13,657 nucleotides of DNA, from UHGV virus genome UHGV-0069434; one strand, given 5' to 3'. The position numbers were made by a program, and so were the translations under genes. Source of the stretch: a virus. Below are positions 6,176 through 13,625 of the stretch, one piece after another. The first letter of the stretch is position 1. Each line of letters starts with the position of its first letter. A model generated the notes under the pieces. That model was not told where the DNA came from. It saw nothing but the letters and a program-made list of their open reading frames with translations, and made no database searches.

Positions 6176-7071
6176 CGTTAAACAAATATTGCCAGGCGCT
6201 GGCGGCACTACGTAGCAAACCAGCCCACCAACTGAAAGAAGTTGGCGATCAGTGGCGGACGCCGGATCTGCTTTTTTGGGGGATCAACGCGCTATTTGGT
6301 CCATTAGTTTTGGACTTGTTTGCAGACGACGACAACGCGAAATGCCCGGTATGGTACACCGCCGAAGATAACGCGCTGGTGCAGGATTGGGCGGAAATGT
6401 TGGATTCAATCGGCGGGGCCGCATTCGGTAATCCACCCTATAGCCGCTCTCAGTACCACGAGAAACAGGCGATCACCGGCATGACCCACATCATGGATCA
6501 CACAATGGAGATGCGTGAAAAGGGTGGGCGTTATGTGTTCCTCATTAAAGCGGCGACAAGTGAAACATGGTGGCCGGAAGACGCCGATCACATCATGTTT
6601 ATTCGCGGTCGCATTGGTTTCGATCTCCCTGTGTGGTTTGTTCCTGCCGACGATAAGCAGAAACCCACAGGTGCTTTCTTTGCTGGTGCAATCGCTTTGT
6701 TCGACAAGACCTGGCGCGGCGAGCGTTTCAGCTACATCAGCCGTACCGATCTGGAGGAAAAAGGGAAGGCGTTTATGTCACTGGTCGAATTTGCCGCGGG
6801 AAAGGTTCAGCCACCAGCCACCATGGTGCCAGAGCAAGAAGAACCCATTGTAGCGCCAGCAGTATTACCTGATGTGGATTCGCGTATCTGGCCGCTTGAG
6901 GTTGGTCTGGTGTTCAACCAGGTTGAGGGGGCGGATTCTCTGGACGCATCGCAGCAGAACAAGCTGAAAGCGAACATTAACCAGCTGTGGCTTGAGCGTA
7001 TGCCAACCAGCGAAATCATTACTACTGCTGGTGGACTGGTCAGCAGCATGCAGGGGGCCATCAATGCGTGA
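6172..7071 (+). CDS. Phage-type N6-adenine DNA methyltransferase (phage Dam family), 299 aa
   Basis: LDLFADDDNAKCPVWYTAEDNALVQDWAEM...FGNPPYSRS matches the phage N6A-methyltransferase family signature including the NPPY catalytic motif. ATGA overlap with the replication gene stop. About 100 aa of C-terminal extension beyond the usual domain size. Corresponds in position to the yfdM fragment of CPS-53. Confidence 0.8.
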   Translation: MTLNKYCQALAALRSKPAHQLKEVGDQWRTPDLLFWGINALFGPLVLDLFADDDNAKCPVWYTAEDNALVQDWAEMLDSIGGAAFGNPPYSRSQYHEKQAITGMTHIMDHTMEMREKGGRYVFLIKAATSETWWPEDADHIMFIRGRIGFDLPVWFVPADDKQKPTGAFFAGAIALFDKTWRGERFSYISRTDLEEKGKAFMSLVEFAAGKVQPPATMVPEQEEPIVAPAVLPDVDSRIWPLEVGLVFNQVEGADSLDASQQNKLKANINQLWLERMPTSEIITTAGGLVSSMQGAINA

Positions 7072-9061
7072 GATTATCGTTGATAACTTTGCTGGTGGCG
7101 GTGGCGCATCAACGGGTATTGAACTGGCGATCGGGCGCAGCGTGGATATTGCGATCAACCACGACGAAAACGCCATTGCGATGCACAAGACGAACCACCC
7201 GGACACACTGCATTACTGCGAATCCGTGTTTGACGTGGATCCGGTAGCCGCCACTGGCGGTAATCCTGTCGGCCTGGCATGGTTTAGCCCGGACTGCCGA
7301 CATTTCTCGAAGGCCAAAGGCGCAAAGCCTGTGAAAAAAGAGATACGCGGTCTTGCCTGGATTGTTCTGCGTTGGGCACTGGCGAAGCGACCGCGCGTGA
7401 TGATGCTGGAGAACGTGGAAGAGTTCAAAACGTGGGGACCGTTAATTGACATCCCGCCTAAACCTGATTTGCCGGAAGCCCTTATGGCGGATTTTATTGG
7501 CCCGGTTTACCCTGGAAATAGTCGCCCAGACCCTGCCCGCACTGGAGAAACATTCAATGCATTTGTCGGCATGCTGTCCACTGGCATTCCTGCTGATCAC
7601 CCGGCACTGTCAGAGGTTTGTGAGTTTCTGTCTATTGAAAGAGGTAGCGAGCAGGCGCAACAGTTGGTGGATGGGCTTGGATATGATGTCGATTATCGCG
7701 AACTGCGCGCGTGTGATTACGGCGCGCCGACGATCCGCAAACGCTTCTTCATGGTCATGCGCTGCGATGGTTGTCCAATCCAGTGGCCTGCTGTTACCCA
7801 TGGGGATCCTAAGTCTCTGGAGGTGCAGAGCGGCAGGCTGATGCCATGGCGTACCGCTGCGGAATGTATCGACTGGAATGTTCCGGCCCTGTCCATCTTC
7901 GACCGCAAAAAACCGCTGGCGGAGAACACTCTGAAGCGGATCGCGCGCGGCATACAGCGCTTTGTTATCGAAAGTGCGTCGCCGTTTATCGTGAAGTGTA
8001 ACCACACAAGCTCAAAAAATTCGTATGACGCTTTTCGCGGGCAGTCGCTGAATGAGCCATTACAGACCATTACTAAAAAACTCGGCTACGCGTTAGCCGT
8101 TCCACACCTGACAAAATTCCGCACTGGCGCAACCGGGCAGCCCGTTACCGAACCAGTCCCGACGGTAACCGCTGGCACATCAAAACGTCCAGGTGGGAAT
8201 GGGCATGCACTCGGGATTGTTGAGGCTGCACTGACGCCATTCCTGGCGGGTAATGGCGGGAGTGAATACCAGGCTAAACCGCGCCCGCTGGATAAACCTG
8301 CTCATACCATTCTGAAGCAATCCCGCGCCTGTCTTGTTGCGCCAGTGATAGCCCGCCAGTTTGGGGCCAGCGTAGGCCATCGGGCAGACGAACCGAGCGC
8401 AACCATCACCGCTGGCGGTGGCGGTAAATCTCAACTGGTAACGCCTACGCTGATCCAGATGGGTTATGGCGAACGACCTGGACAAGAACCGCGTGTGCTG
8501 CGGCTGGATAACCCGCTGGGGACCGTTACTGCAGGTGGAAATAAATTCGCGACGGTGAGCGCGTTTCTGGCGAAACACTACGGCGGTAACTACACGGGAC
8601 CGGGTGTCAGTATGGATGAACCCGCGCACTCAGTGACCACTGTCGACCATCATGCAGTAGTTGCCTCTCATCTGGTGAAACTGCGTGGAACATGCCGCGA
8701 CGGGCAGCGCCTTGATGTACCTATGCCAACCATCACCGCTGGAGGCCAGCACGTGGGTGAGGTGCGCACATTTCTCGAGACATATTGCGGGGAAAGTGAC
8801 GATGAATGGCTGGTAACGATCAATGGGGTTAAATACCAGATCGTTGATATCGGAATGCGCATGTTGCAGCCGCATGAACTCTACAAAGCGCAGGGCTTCC
8901 CGGATGGATACGTTATTGATCAGGACTACCGTGGAAATCGCTATGCAAAAGATAAGCAGGTAGCCCGCTGCGGTAATGCGGTACCACCACCATTCGCCAG
9001 GGCGCTGGTGGAGGCAAATCTTCCGGAACTTTGTGCAGTGCAACAACAGGAGGTGGCATGA
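7064..9061 (+). CDS. DNA cytosine-5 methyltransferase, 665 aa, with expanded repeat-containing variable region
   Basis: Motif I DNFAGGGGAS; Cys motif WFSPDCRHFS (PCQ-like variant); motif VI MMLENV; later QGFPDGY and CGNAVPP (motif X-like). I take ATG at 7064 (MREIIV..., G-rich SD, 8-nt overlap with upstream stop) rather than the track's upstream extension from 6992. Confidence 0.8.
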   Translation: MREIIVDNFAGGGGASTGIELAIGRSVDIAINHDENAIAMHKTNHPDTLHYCESVFDVDPVAATGGNPVGLAWFSPDCRHFSKAKGAKPVKKEIRGLAWIVLRWALAKRPRVMMLENVEEFKTWGPLIDIPPKPDLPEALMADFIGPVYPGNSRPDPARTGETFNAFVGMLSTGIPADHPALSEVCEFLSIERGSEQAQQLVDGLGYDVDYRELRACDYGAPTIRKRFFMVMRCDGCPIQWPAVTHGDPKSLEVQSGRLMPWRTAAECIDWNVPALSIFDRKKPLAENTLKRIARGIQRFVIESASPFIVKCNHTSSKNSYDAFRGQSLNEPLQTITKKLGYALAVPHLTKFRTGATGQPVTEPVPTVTAGTSKRPGGNGHALGIVEAALTPFLAGNGGSEYQAKPRPLDKPAHTILKQSRACLVAPVIARQFGASVGHRADEPSATITAGGGGKSQLVTPTLIQMGYGERPGQEPRVLRLDNPLGTVTAGGNKFATVSAFLAKHYGGNYTGPGVSMDEPAHSVTTVDHHAVVASHLVKLRGTCRDGQRLDVPMPTITAGGQHVGEVRTFLETYCGESDDEWLVTINGVKYQIVDIGMRMLQPHELYKAQGFPDGYVIDQDYRGNRYAKDKQVARCGNAVPPPFARALVEANLPELCAVQQQEVA

Positions 9062-9444
9062 AACTTGTGCTCCCGTTCCCTCCGAGCGTGAACACTTACT
9101 GGCGCGCCCCTAACAAGGGGCCGCTGGCCGGTCGTCACCTCATTAGCGCTGATGGCCGTAAATACCAGAGCGCTGCCTGCGTGGCGATCATTGAGCAATT
9201 ACGACGTCTCCCGAAGCCATCGACTGAACTGGCAGCGGTAGAAATCACTCTGTACCCGCCGGATGCGCGCCGCCGGGATATCGATAATTACAACAAAGCC
9301 CTGTTTGACGCGCTGACACATGCGGGTGTCTGGGAAGACGACAGCCAGATTAAGCGCATGCTGGTGGAATGGGGACCCGTTGTGCCGAAAGGTCGGGTAG
9401 AGATAACGATCAGCAGATATGAACCGGCGGGTGCAGCCGCCTGA
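9058..9444 (+). CDS. rusA: Crossover junction endodeoxyribonuclease RusA (Holliday junction resolvase), 128 aa
   Basis: MKLVLPFPPSVNTYWR...DARRRDIDNYNKALFDALTHAGVWEDDSQI matches the RusA family (PPS-N-xYW N-terminus, catalytic Asp cluster). ATG at 9058 with GGAGG upstream and ATGA overlap with the methyltransferase stop; the track's upstream extension is rejected. Confidence 0.85.
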   Translation: MKLVLPFPPSVNTYWRAPNKGPLAGRHLISADGRKYQSAACVAIIEQLRRLPKPSTELAAVEITLYPPDARRRDIDNYNKALFDALTHAGVWEDDSQIKRMLVEWGPVVPKGRVEITISRYEPAGAAA

Positions 9445-9457
9445 TATGGAGAAAAGT

Positions 9458-10144
9458 ATGAGCCAGTTAATCGTGAATGGTGTTGTAACAATGTCCAGCC
9501 GTGATATTGCGGATCTGGTTCAGAGTAAACACAGTGACGTGAAACGCTCGGCTGAGCGTCTTGTTGCTGCGGGAATTTTAACCGCGCCGTTGGCGCAGTT
9601 CGATTTTGAGCATAACGGTAATGTTTACCAGGAGTATCGTTTTAACAAACGCGACTCTCTGGTGATTGTTGCCAGACTGTCACCTGAATTTACCGCCGCG
9701 GTTGTCGATCGCTGGCAGGAACTGGAAGAAGGGCAGAGTGTCAGTGTTCCCCGCTCATTGCCGGAAGCGCTTCGCCTGGCTGCTGATTTAGCCGAGCAGA
9801 AAGAGCAACTGACCATCCAGCTGGCAGCTGCGGCGCCAAAAGTGGAGTTTGTTGATCGTTATTGCTCTGCAAAAGGCTCCATGTCATTCCGGCAGGTAGC
9901 CAAATTGCTCAACGCAAAAGAAACTGAGTTCCGCCTGTTCCTTATTGAACGCAATATCCTGTATCGCCTCGGCGGCACACTTACCCCTATGGCGCAGCAC
10001 ATTTCCGCGGGAAGATTTGAAGTTAAGACGGGAACATCGAGCACATCCAATCACGCATTTAGCCAGACGCGTTTCACTGCCAAGGGAGTACGCTGGATTG
10101 GTGGTTTGTGGGCTGAACATATTGCAGGGGGACAGGCGGCGTGA
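9458..10144 (+). CDS. Phage antirepressor, 228 aa: Rha-type N-terminal domain plus KilA-C/ANT C-terminal domain
   Basis: N-terminus VTMSSRDIADLVQSKHSDVKRSAERL...YRFNKRDSLVIVARLSPEF is typical of Rha; C-terminus FRQVAKLLNAKETEFRLFLIERNILYRLGG is KilA-C-like. Start at ATG 9458 (GGAG 6 nt upstream) preferred over track start 9419. Confidence 0.75.
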   Translation: MSQLIVNGVVTMSSRDIADLVQSKHSDVKRSAERLVAAGILTAPLAQFDFEHNGNVYQEYRFNKRDSLVIVARLSPEFTAAVVDRWQELEEGQSVSVPRSLPEALRLAADLAEQKEQLTIQLAAAAPKVEFVDRYCSAKGSMSFRQVAKLLNAKETEFRLFLIERNILYRLGGTLTPMAQHISAGRFEVKTGTSSTSNHAFSQTRFTAKGVRWIGGLWAEHIAGGQAA

Positions 10145-11136
10145 GGGCTTTGTTAACTCCTGAAGTCGCCCATCGTATGGGGATTGTGTTGTTTCGTCCC
10201 GGCGCGGAACTGATGCACCTCTTCATGCGTGGTCGCGTTCTGCTCGAGCCTGAACCAGAAGAAATGGCGTCATTCAGTACAGGGGCTGTTCCCGCCGCCA
10301 TTCAGACGCTGGCTGATGATCCGGTAATGCGGCAGGTCTTCGGGAATGAGCGGGTTATTCAGCGTGCCGGTGGGCTTCCTTCCCTTGAGCAGTGGCTGAG
10401 TTCTCGGTTTGAATGCCAGTGGCCACATTCATCGTGGCACGACAAGAATTTCACAACAATGCGGCACCCACCAGGAAGTATTCGCCTGTGCTGGCATTGC
10501 GATCACACTTTGTCGGGGCAGCATACCGAACAGCTTGCAGGTATAGCGGCAGGAAACCTGGTATCCTGGATTCTGGAAGTCATTCGGCGTGATTCTGGTT
10601 TTCCCGAGTCGCATATCCTGACGCTTCCGGAACTGTGCTGGTGGATGGTCAGAAACGACCTGGCTGATGTTATTCCGGAAAGCGTTGCGCACAAGGGGTT
10701 ACGCCTTCCGGATGAGAAGATCCGCTCGGTCATGAGGGAAAGCGACATTGTGCCTTCCGCTTCTGCAACCAGCCTAGTGCAGGAGAAGGCGAAGAAGATC
10801 CTCACGCTCTCTGTTGATCCGGAGTCTCCAGAATCTTTCATGCTCAGGCCAAAGCGACGCCGCTGGATAAATGAGACTTACACCCGCTGGGTTAAAACAC
10901 AACCCTGTGAGTGTTGCCGACGGCCAGCCGATGATCCGCACCATATCGTAGGGCACGGTATGGGGGGGACAGCAACAAAAGCCCATGATCTCTTCGTGAT
11001 CCCTCTGTGCAGAGAGTGCCACGACGAGTTACACGCCGATGTACCGGCATTCGAGCAGAAGCATGGTACGCAGCTTGAGCTGCTACTGCGTTTTATGGAT
11101 CGGGCGCTGGCGATCGGCGTAATTGCGAAAGCTTAA
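10141..11136 (+). CDS. Phage protein with C-terminal Cys/His-rich HNH-like nuclease motif (DUF968-like), 331 aa
   Basis: GTG start overlapping the previous stop (GTGA). C-terminus CECCRRPADDPHHIVGHGMGG...LCRECHDELH is a zinc-binding HNH-like signature. Sits where nin-region nucleases are found in lambdoid phages. Confidence 0.6.
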   Translation: MRALLTPEVAHRMGIVLFRPGAELMHLFMRGRVLLEPEPEEMASFSTGAVPAAIQTLADDPVMRQVFGNERVIQRAGGLPSLEQWLSSRFECQWPHSSWHDKNFTTMRHPPGSIRLCWHCDHTLSGQHTEQLAGIAAGNLVSWILEVIRRDSGFPESHILTLPELCWWMVRNDLADVIPESVAHKGLRLPDEKIRSVMRESDIVPSASATSLVQEKAKKILTLSVDPESPESFMLRPKRRRWINETYTRWVKTQPCECCRRPADDPHHIVGHGMGGTATKAHDLFVIPLCRECHDELHADVPAFEQKHGTQLELLLRFMDRALAIGVIAKA

Positions 11137-11847
11137 GTGTATGGAGCGCAAAGAAGCATGAATCAACAAGATCTGAATTTTGTAAGAATAGAATTGCGCC
11201 ACGCGCTACCTGACCTCTCTGGGGGAACAAAAGGGCAGCTTGAGGCTTTCAGTGAACACCCACCAGCAGACAAAAATGCCACCCCGCGCCGTGGAATTCA
11301 TCTCGTCGAACTCGAAGGAGAGAAGGGGCCACGCTTTGTTAACTCGCTTTCCGCGCCACTGTATGTGATGGAAACACGCAGCCGCCGCAGGCCAATGCCG
11401 CCGATAAAAGATGCGGAATTTGAGTCAGCGCCGTGGCGTAGGGCAGTGTCCGCGCTTAGTGGATACCAGCAGGCCTGGTTGCGGTACTGCTACGGTTTTG
11501 ACCTTAGCTATAAGCACCAGGTGATGATGTGTGAATACGTCTGGAAAACTTATCAGAAATGCCTGGGTGATAACTCGCTTCAGGAGCGCGTAGTAAAGAA
11601 ACTGATAGGCCTGGTATGGCTGGCAGGGCAGGAAATTGCCGCAACCAGAAATAATGAAACCTATAAAGACTATGCTGGTGCAGCGTTGGCCCGCATGGTT
11701 AGCGTTGACCGTTCGACATGGTTGCGTGTCTATTCAGGCCACTGGGCTGGGTTAAAGACCGCTTTTACGCAGCTTGATGAATCTGCGTTGACCATGGCTC
11801 TTGAATACTATGAGGAAGAAGAAGCCCTCAAAGTGGCAGAAATGTGA
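11137..11847 (+). CDS. Putative late-gene antiterminator (Q-like by position), 236 aa
   Basis: Last gene of the rightward early operon, immediately followed by a promoter-like region and a strong intrinsic terminator, which is the Q / PR' / tR' arrangement. No sequence motif recognised with confidence; an alternative ATG start lies at 11158. Confidence 0.45.
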   Translation: MYGAQRSMNQQDLNFVRIELRHALPDLSGGTKGQLEAFSEHPPADKNATPRRGIHLVELEGEKGPRFVNSLSAPLYVMETRSRRRPMPPIKDAEFESAPWRRAVSALSGYQQAWLRYCYGFDLSYKHQVMMCEYVWKTYQKCLGDNSLQERVVKKLIGLVWLAGQEIAATRNNETYKDYAGAALARMVSVDRSTWLRVYSGHWAGLKTAFTQLDESALTMALEYYEEEEALKVAEM

Positions 11848-11869
11848 AGTAAATTTCACTATCTCCTTC

Positions 11870-11930
11870 AAACGCGCTTGCAAAATGCAACAAAATAAGC
11901 CATATTTAAAGCATATTTGATATGTTGCCA
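11870..11930 (+). promoter_or_regulatory. Candidate late promoter (PR'-like), possibly with a Q-utilisation site
   Basis: -35-like TTGCAA at 11878..11883 with A/T-rich -10 candidates downstream (CATATT, TATTTA, TATTTG); exact hexamers are ambiguous. Positional inference. Confidence 0.3.
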
Positions 11931-11939
11931 ATGGTTTAT

Positions 11940-11966
11940 AAACCCGCCGATGAGCGGGTTTTTTTA
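11940..11966 (+). terminator. Rho-independent terminator (tR'-like): AAACCCGC-cgatga-GCGGGTTT followed by a T-run
   Basis: Read directly: GC-rich stem 11942..11947 / 11954..11959 with 6-nt loop, then TTTTTTT to about 11965. Confidence 0.7.
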
Positions 11967-12087
11967 TGGCAAATCAGCCATGCACGGCGCATAAAGGCGC
12001 TGGCGGTCGCAGAATGGAATTCTTCTCTTGCTGGTATCACCAACCAGAGTTATCTGTATGTCACGCAACTAATTTTAGGTAAAAGAC

Positions 12088-12279
12088 ATGCTAAATCAGG
12101 AAGATATGACAGAAACGGCAAAGGCTGTTTTCAATGAATTAAGCGATAAACCAGCAACGGCCGGGGAGATTGCACTGAATACCCACCTCAGCCGCGAACG
12201 TTGCCAGCTCATACTTACGCAGCTGGTGATGGCGGGTTTATCTGATTACCAGTTTGGGTGTTATAAACGCCTCCAGTAA
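12088..12279 (+). CDS. Small hypothetical protein, 63 aa (57 aa from the alternative ATG at 12106), possibly DNA-binding
   Basis: ORF track. AGGT 7 nt before ATG 12088, and AGGAAG 4-5 nt before the second ATG at 12106. Helix-rich sequence AGEIALNTHLSRERCQLILTQLVMAGL. No homology check possible. Confidence 0.4.
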   Translation: MLNQEDMTETAKAVFNELSDKPATAGEIALNTHLSRERCQLILTQLVMAGLSDYQFGCYKRLQ

Positions 12280-12306
12280 TGGGGGCTTTCTGCTGTGGAA
12301 ATGGGC

Positions 12307-12337
12307 GGCTGGTGGGTGTTAGCGCACCCGGCCAGCC
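12307..12337 (+). other. Stable GC-rich stem-loop (about 12-bp stem with one bulge, 6-nt loop) in the 5' leader of the methyltransferase gene
   Basis: GGCTGGTGGGTG-ttagcg-CACCCGGCCAGCC read directly; no following U-tract on either strand. Confidence 0.4.
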
Positions 12338-12429
12338 ATCAGCTCATGCTTTCAGGTCACAAGCTAACCAAGGCCCACTGCTTTAGCGCAAAAGCAACGT
12401 GAGCCTATCAGAGTTACGCTTACTGATCT

Positions 12430-13482
12430 ATGAAAAATACTGTAAAAATAAACAGTGTTGAGTTAATCAACGCTGATAGCCTGCATTACGTCGCCACCCT
12501 CCCGGATAACTCTATTGATCTGATAGTTACGGATCCTCCGTACTTCAAAGTGAAGCCCAACGGCTGGGACAACCAATGGAAGGGGGACGAGGACTACTTA
12601 CGCTGGCTTGATAGCTGCCTGGCTGAGTATGCTCGCGTTCTTAAACCTGCTGGCAGCATCTACCTGTTTTGCGGTCATCGACTGGCCTCAGACATAGAGA
12701 TTATGATGCGTGCCCGGTTCAACATTTTGAATCACATCATCTGGGCAAAGCCATCGGGCCGCTGGAATGGTTGTAACAAAGAAAGCCTGCGCGCGTATTT
12801 TCCATCAACGGAACGGATTTTGTTTGCTGAGCACTATCTTGGGCCGTACACAGGTAAAGAGGATGTTTACGAAAGGAAAAGCACAGAGCTAAAGCAGCAT
12901 CTTATGACGCCACTGATTGACTACTTCCGTAATGCCCGTGAATCACTGGGTGTCAGCTCGAAAGAAATAGCTGAGGCAACCGGAAAGAAAAACATGGCGT
13001 CACACTGGTTTGGTGCAAGCCAATGGCAACTACCAAATGAAGTGGACTATAGAAAATTGCAGGAACTGTTCACGAGGATCGCTATCGATAAGCACATTCA
13101 GCAGAAGCTTGAACATCCTCACCACCAGCTGGTAGCCACCTATCAGTCATTAAACCGCAAGTATTCAGAATTGCTGGAGGAATACAAAACCCTCCGGCGC
13201 TGCTTCTCTGTTTCCGTTCTTGTTCCGTATACCGACGTATGGACGCATAAGCCTGTTCAGTTTTATCCAGGCAAACATCCATGCGAAAAACCTGCCGACA
13301 TGCTGAAGCAGATCATTAGCGCCAGCAGCAGACCGGGGGATATCGTTGCCGATTTCTTTATGGGCTCTGGTTCAACTGTGAAAGCTGCAATAGAACTTGG
13401 TCGTCGGGCGATCGGCGTAGAACTGGAAACCGACAGGTTTATTCAAACCACCGAAGAGGTGGAAAAACTCAACAAAACATAA
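12430..13482 (+). CDS. Beta-class amino-methyltransferase, probably N6-adenine (motif IV before motif I), 350 aa
   Basis: N-terminal SIDLIVTDPPYF (DPPY motif IV) and C-terminal DIVADFFMGSGSTVKAA (FxGxG AdoMet motif I), with a roughly 200-aa intervening target-recognition region. Weak SD at the ATG. Confidence 0.8.
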   Translation: MKNTVKINSVELINADSLHYVATLPDNSIDLIVTDPPYFKVKPNGWDNQWKGDEDYLRWLDSCLAEYARVLKPAGSIYLFCGHRLASDIEIMMRARFNILNHIIWAKPSGRWNGCNKESLRAYFPSTERILFAEHYLGPYTGKEDVYERKSTELKQHLMTPLIDYFRNARESLGVSSKEIAEATGKKNMASHWFGASQWQLPNEVDYRKLQELFTRIAIDKHIQQKLEHPHHQLVATYQSLNRKYSELLEEYKTLRRCFSVSVLVPYTDVWTHKPVQFYPGKHPCEKPADMLKQIISASSRPGDIVADFFMGSGSTVKAAIELGRRAIGVELETDRFIQTTEEVEKLNKT

Positions 13483-13625
13483 CGATCATCACGCTCCCTG
13501 TTGCTGTGGTGATCACCATTTTCAGGCACCGGGAATCATCCTTACTTTTAATTGAACAAAAGAGCCCGGTTGCCTGATCCCCTCCAATCACACACAGCGC
13601 CATCCGAAAAATCGGAGGTGAGGCT

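Noticed and set aside
6992-7063. Upstream extension of the C5 methyltransferase ORF (track start 6992)
   Set aside because: The extension overlaps the end of the N6A MTase gene, and the conserved motif I follows immediately after the ATG at 7064, which has a G-rich SD.
9031-9057. Upstream extension of rusA (MCSATTGGG...)
   Set aside because: Lies inside the methyltransferase coding sequence; the RusA family N-terminus starts at MKLVLPFPPS with GGAGG upstream.
7109-9198. Multiple minus-strand ORFs (64-149 aa) antisense to the C5 methyltransferase
   Set aside because: Typical spurious antisense ORFs in a GC-rich coding region; no RBS and Arg/Pro/Ala-rich composition.
9625-10301. Minus-strand ORFs antisense to the antirepressor and HNH-like genes, and the plus-strand ORF 9945..10163
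   Set aside because: Overlap well-supported CDSs in other frames or on the other strand; no independent support.
10429-11022. Minus-strand ORFs 10429..10692, 10503..10841 and 10774..11022
   Set aside because: Antisense to the 331-aa CDS; no RBS or promoter support.
11922-12137. 71-aa plus-strand ORF spanning the terminator
   Set aside because: Its start precedes and runs through the intrinsic terminator hairpin, and it overlaps the better-supported small ORF at 12088..12279 out of frame.
12280-12429. Possible tRNA between the small ORF and the methyltransferase (by analogy with tRNA genes upstream of stx in Stx phages)
   Set aside because: No T-arm (GGTTCGAATCC-like) or D-arm consensus and no cloverleaf-compatible acceptor stem was found by eye; only a simple long hairpin. 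tRNAscan-SE would settle it.
13082-13282. 66-aa minus-strand ORF inside the third methyltransferase
   Set aside because: Antisense to a CDS with clear methyltransferase motifs.
13500-13530. GGTGATCACC palindrome in the last intergenic region as an operator or terminator
   Set aside because: Single 10-bp palindrome with no loop or U-tract and no second copy in the window; insufficient evidence for any specific function.
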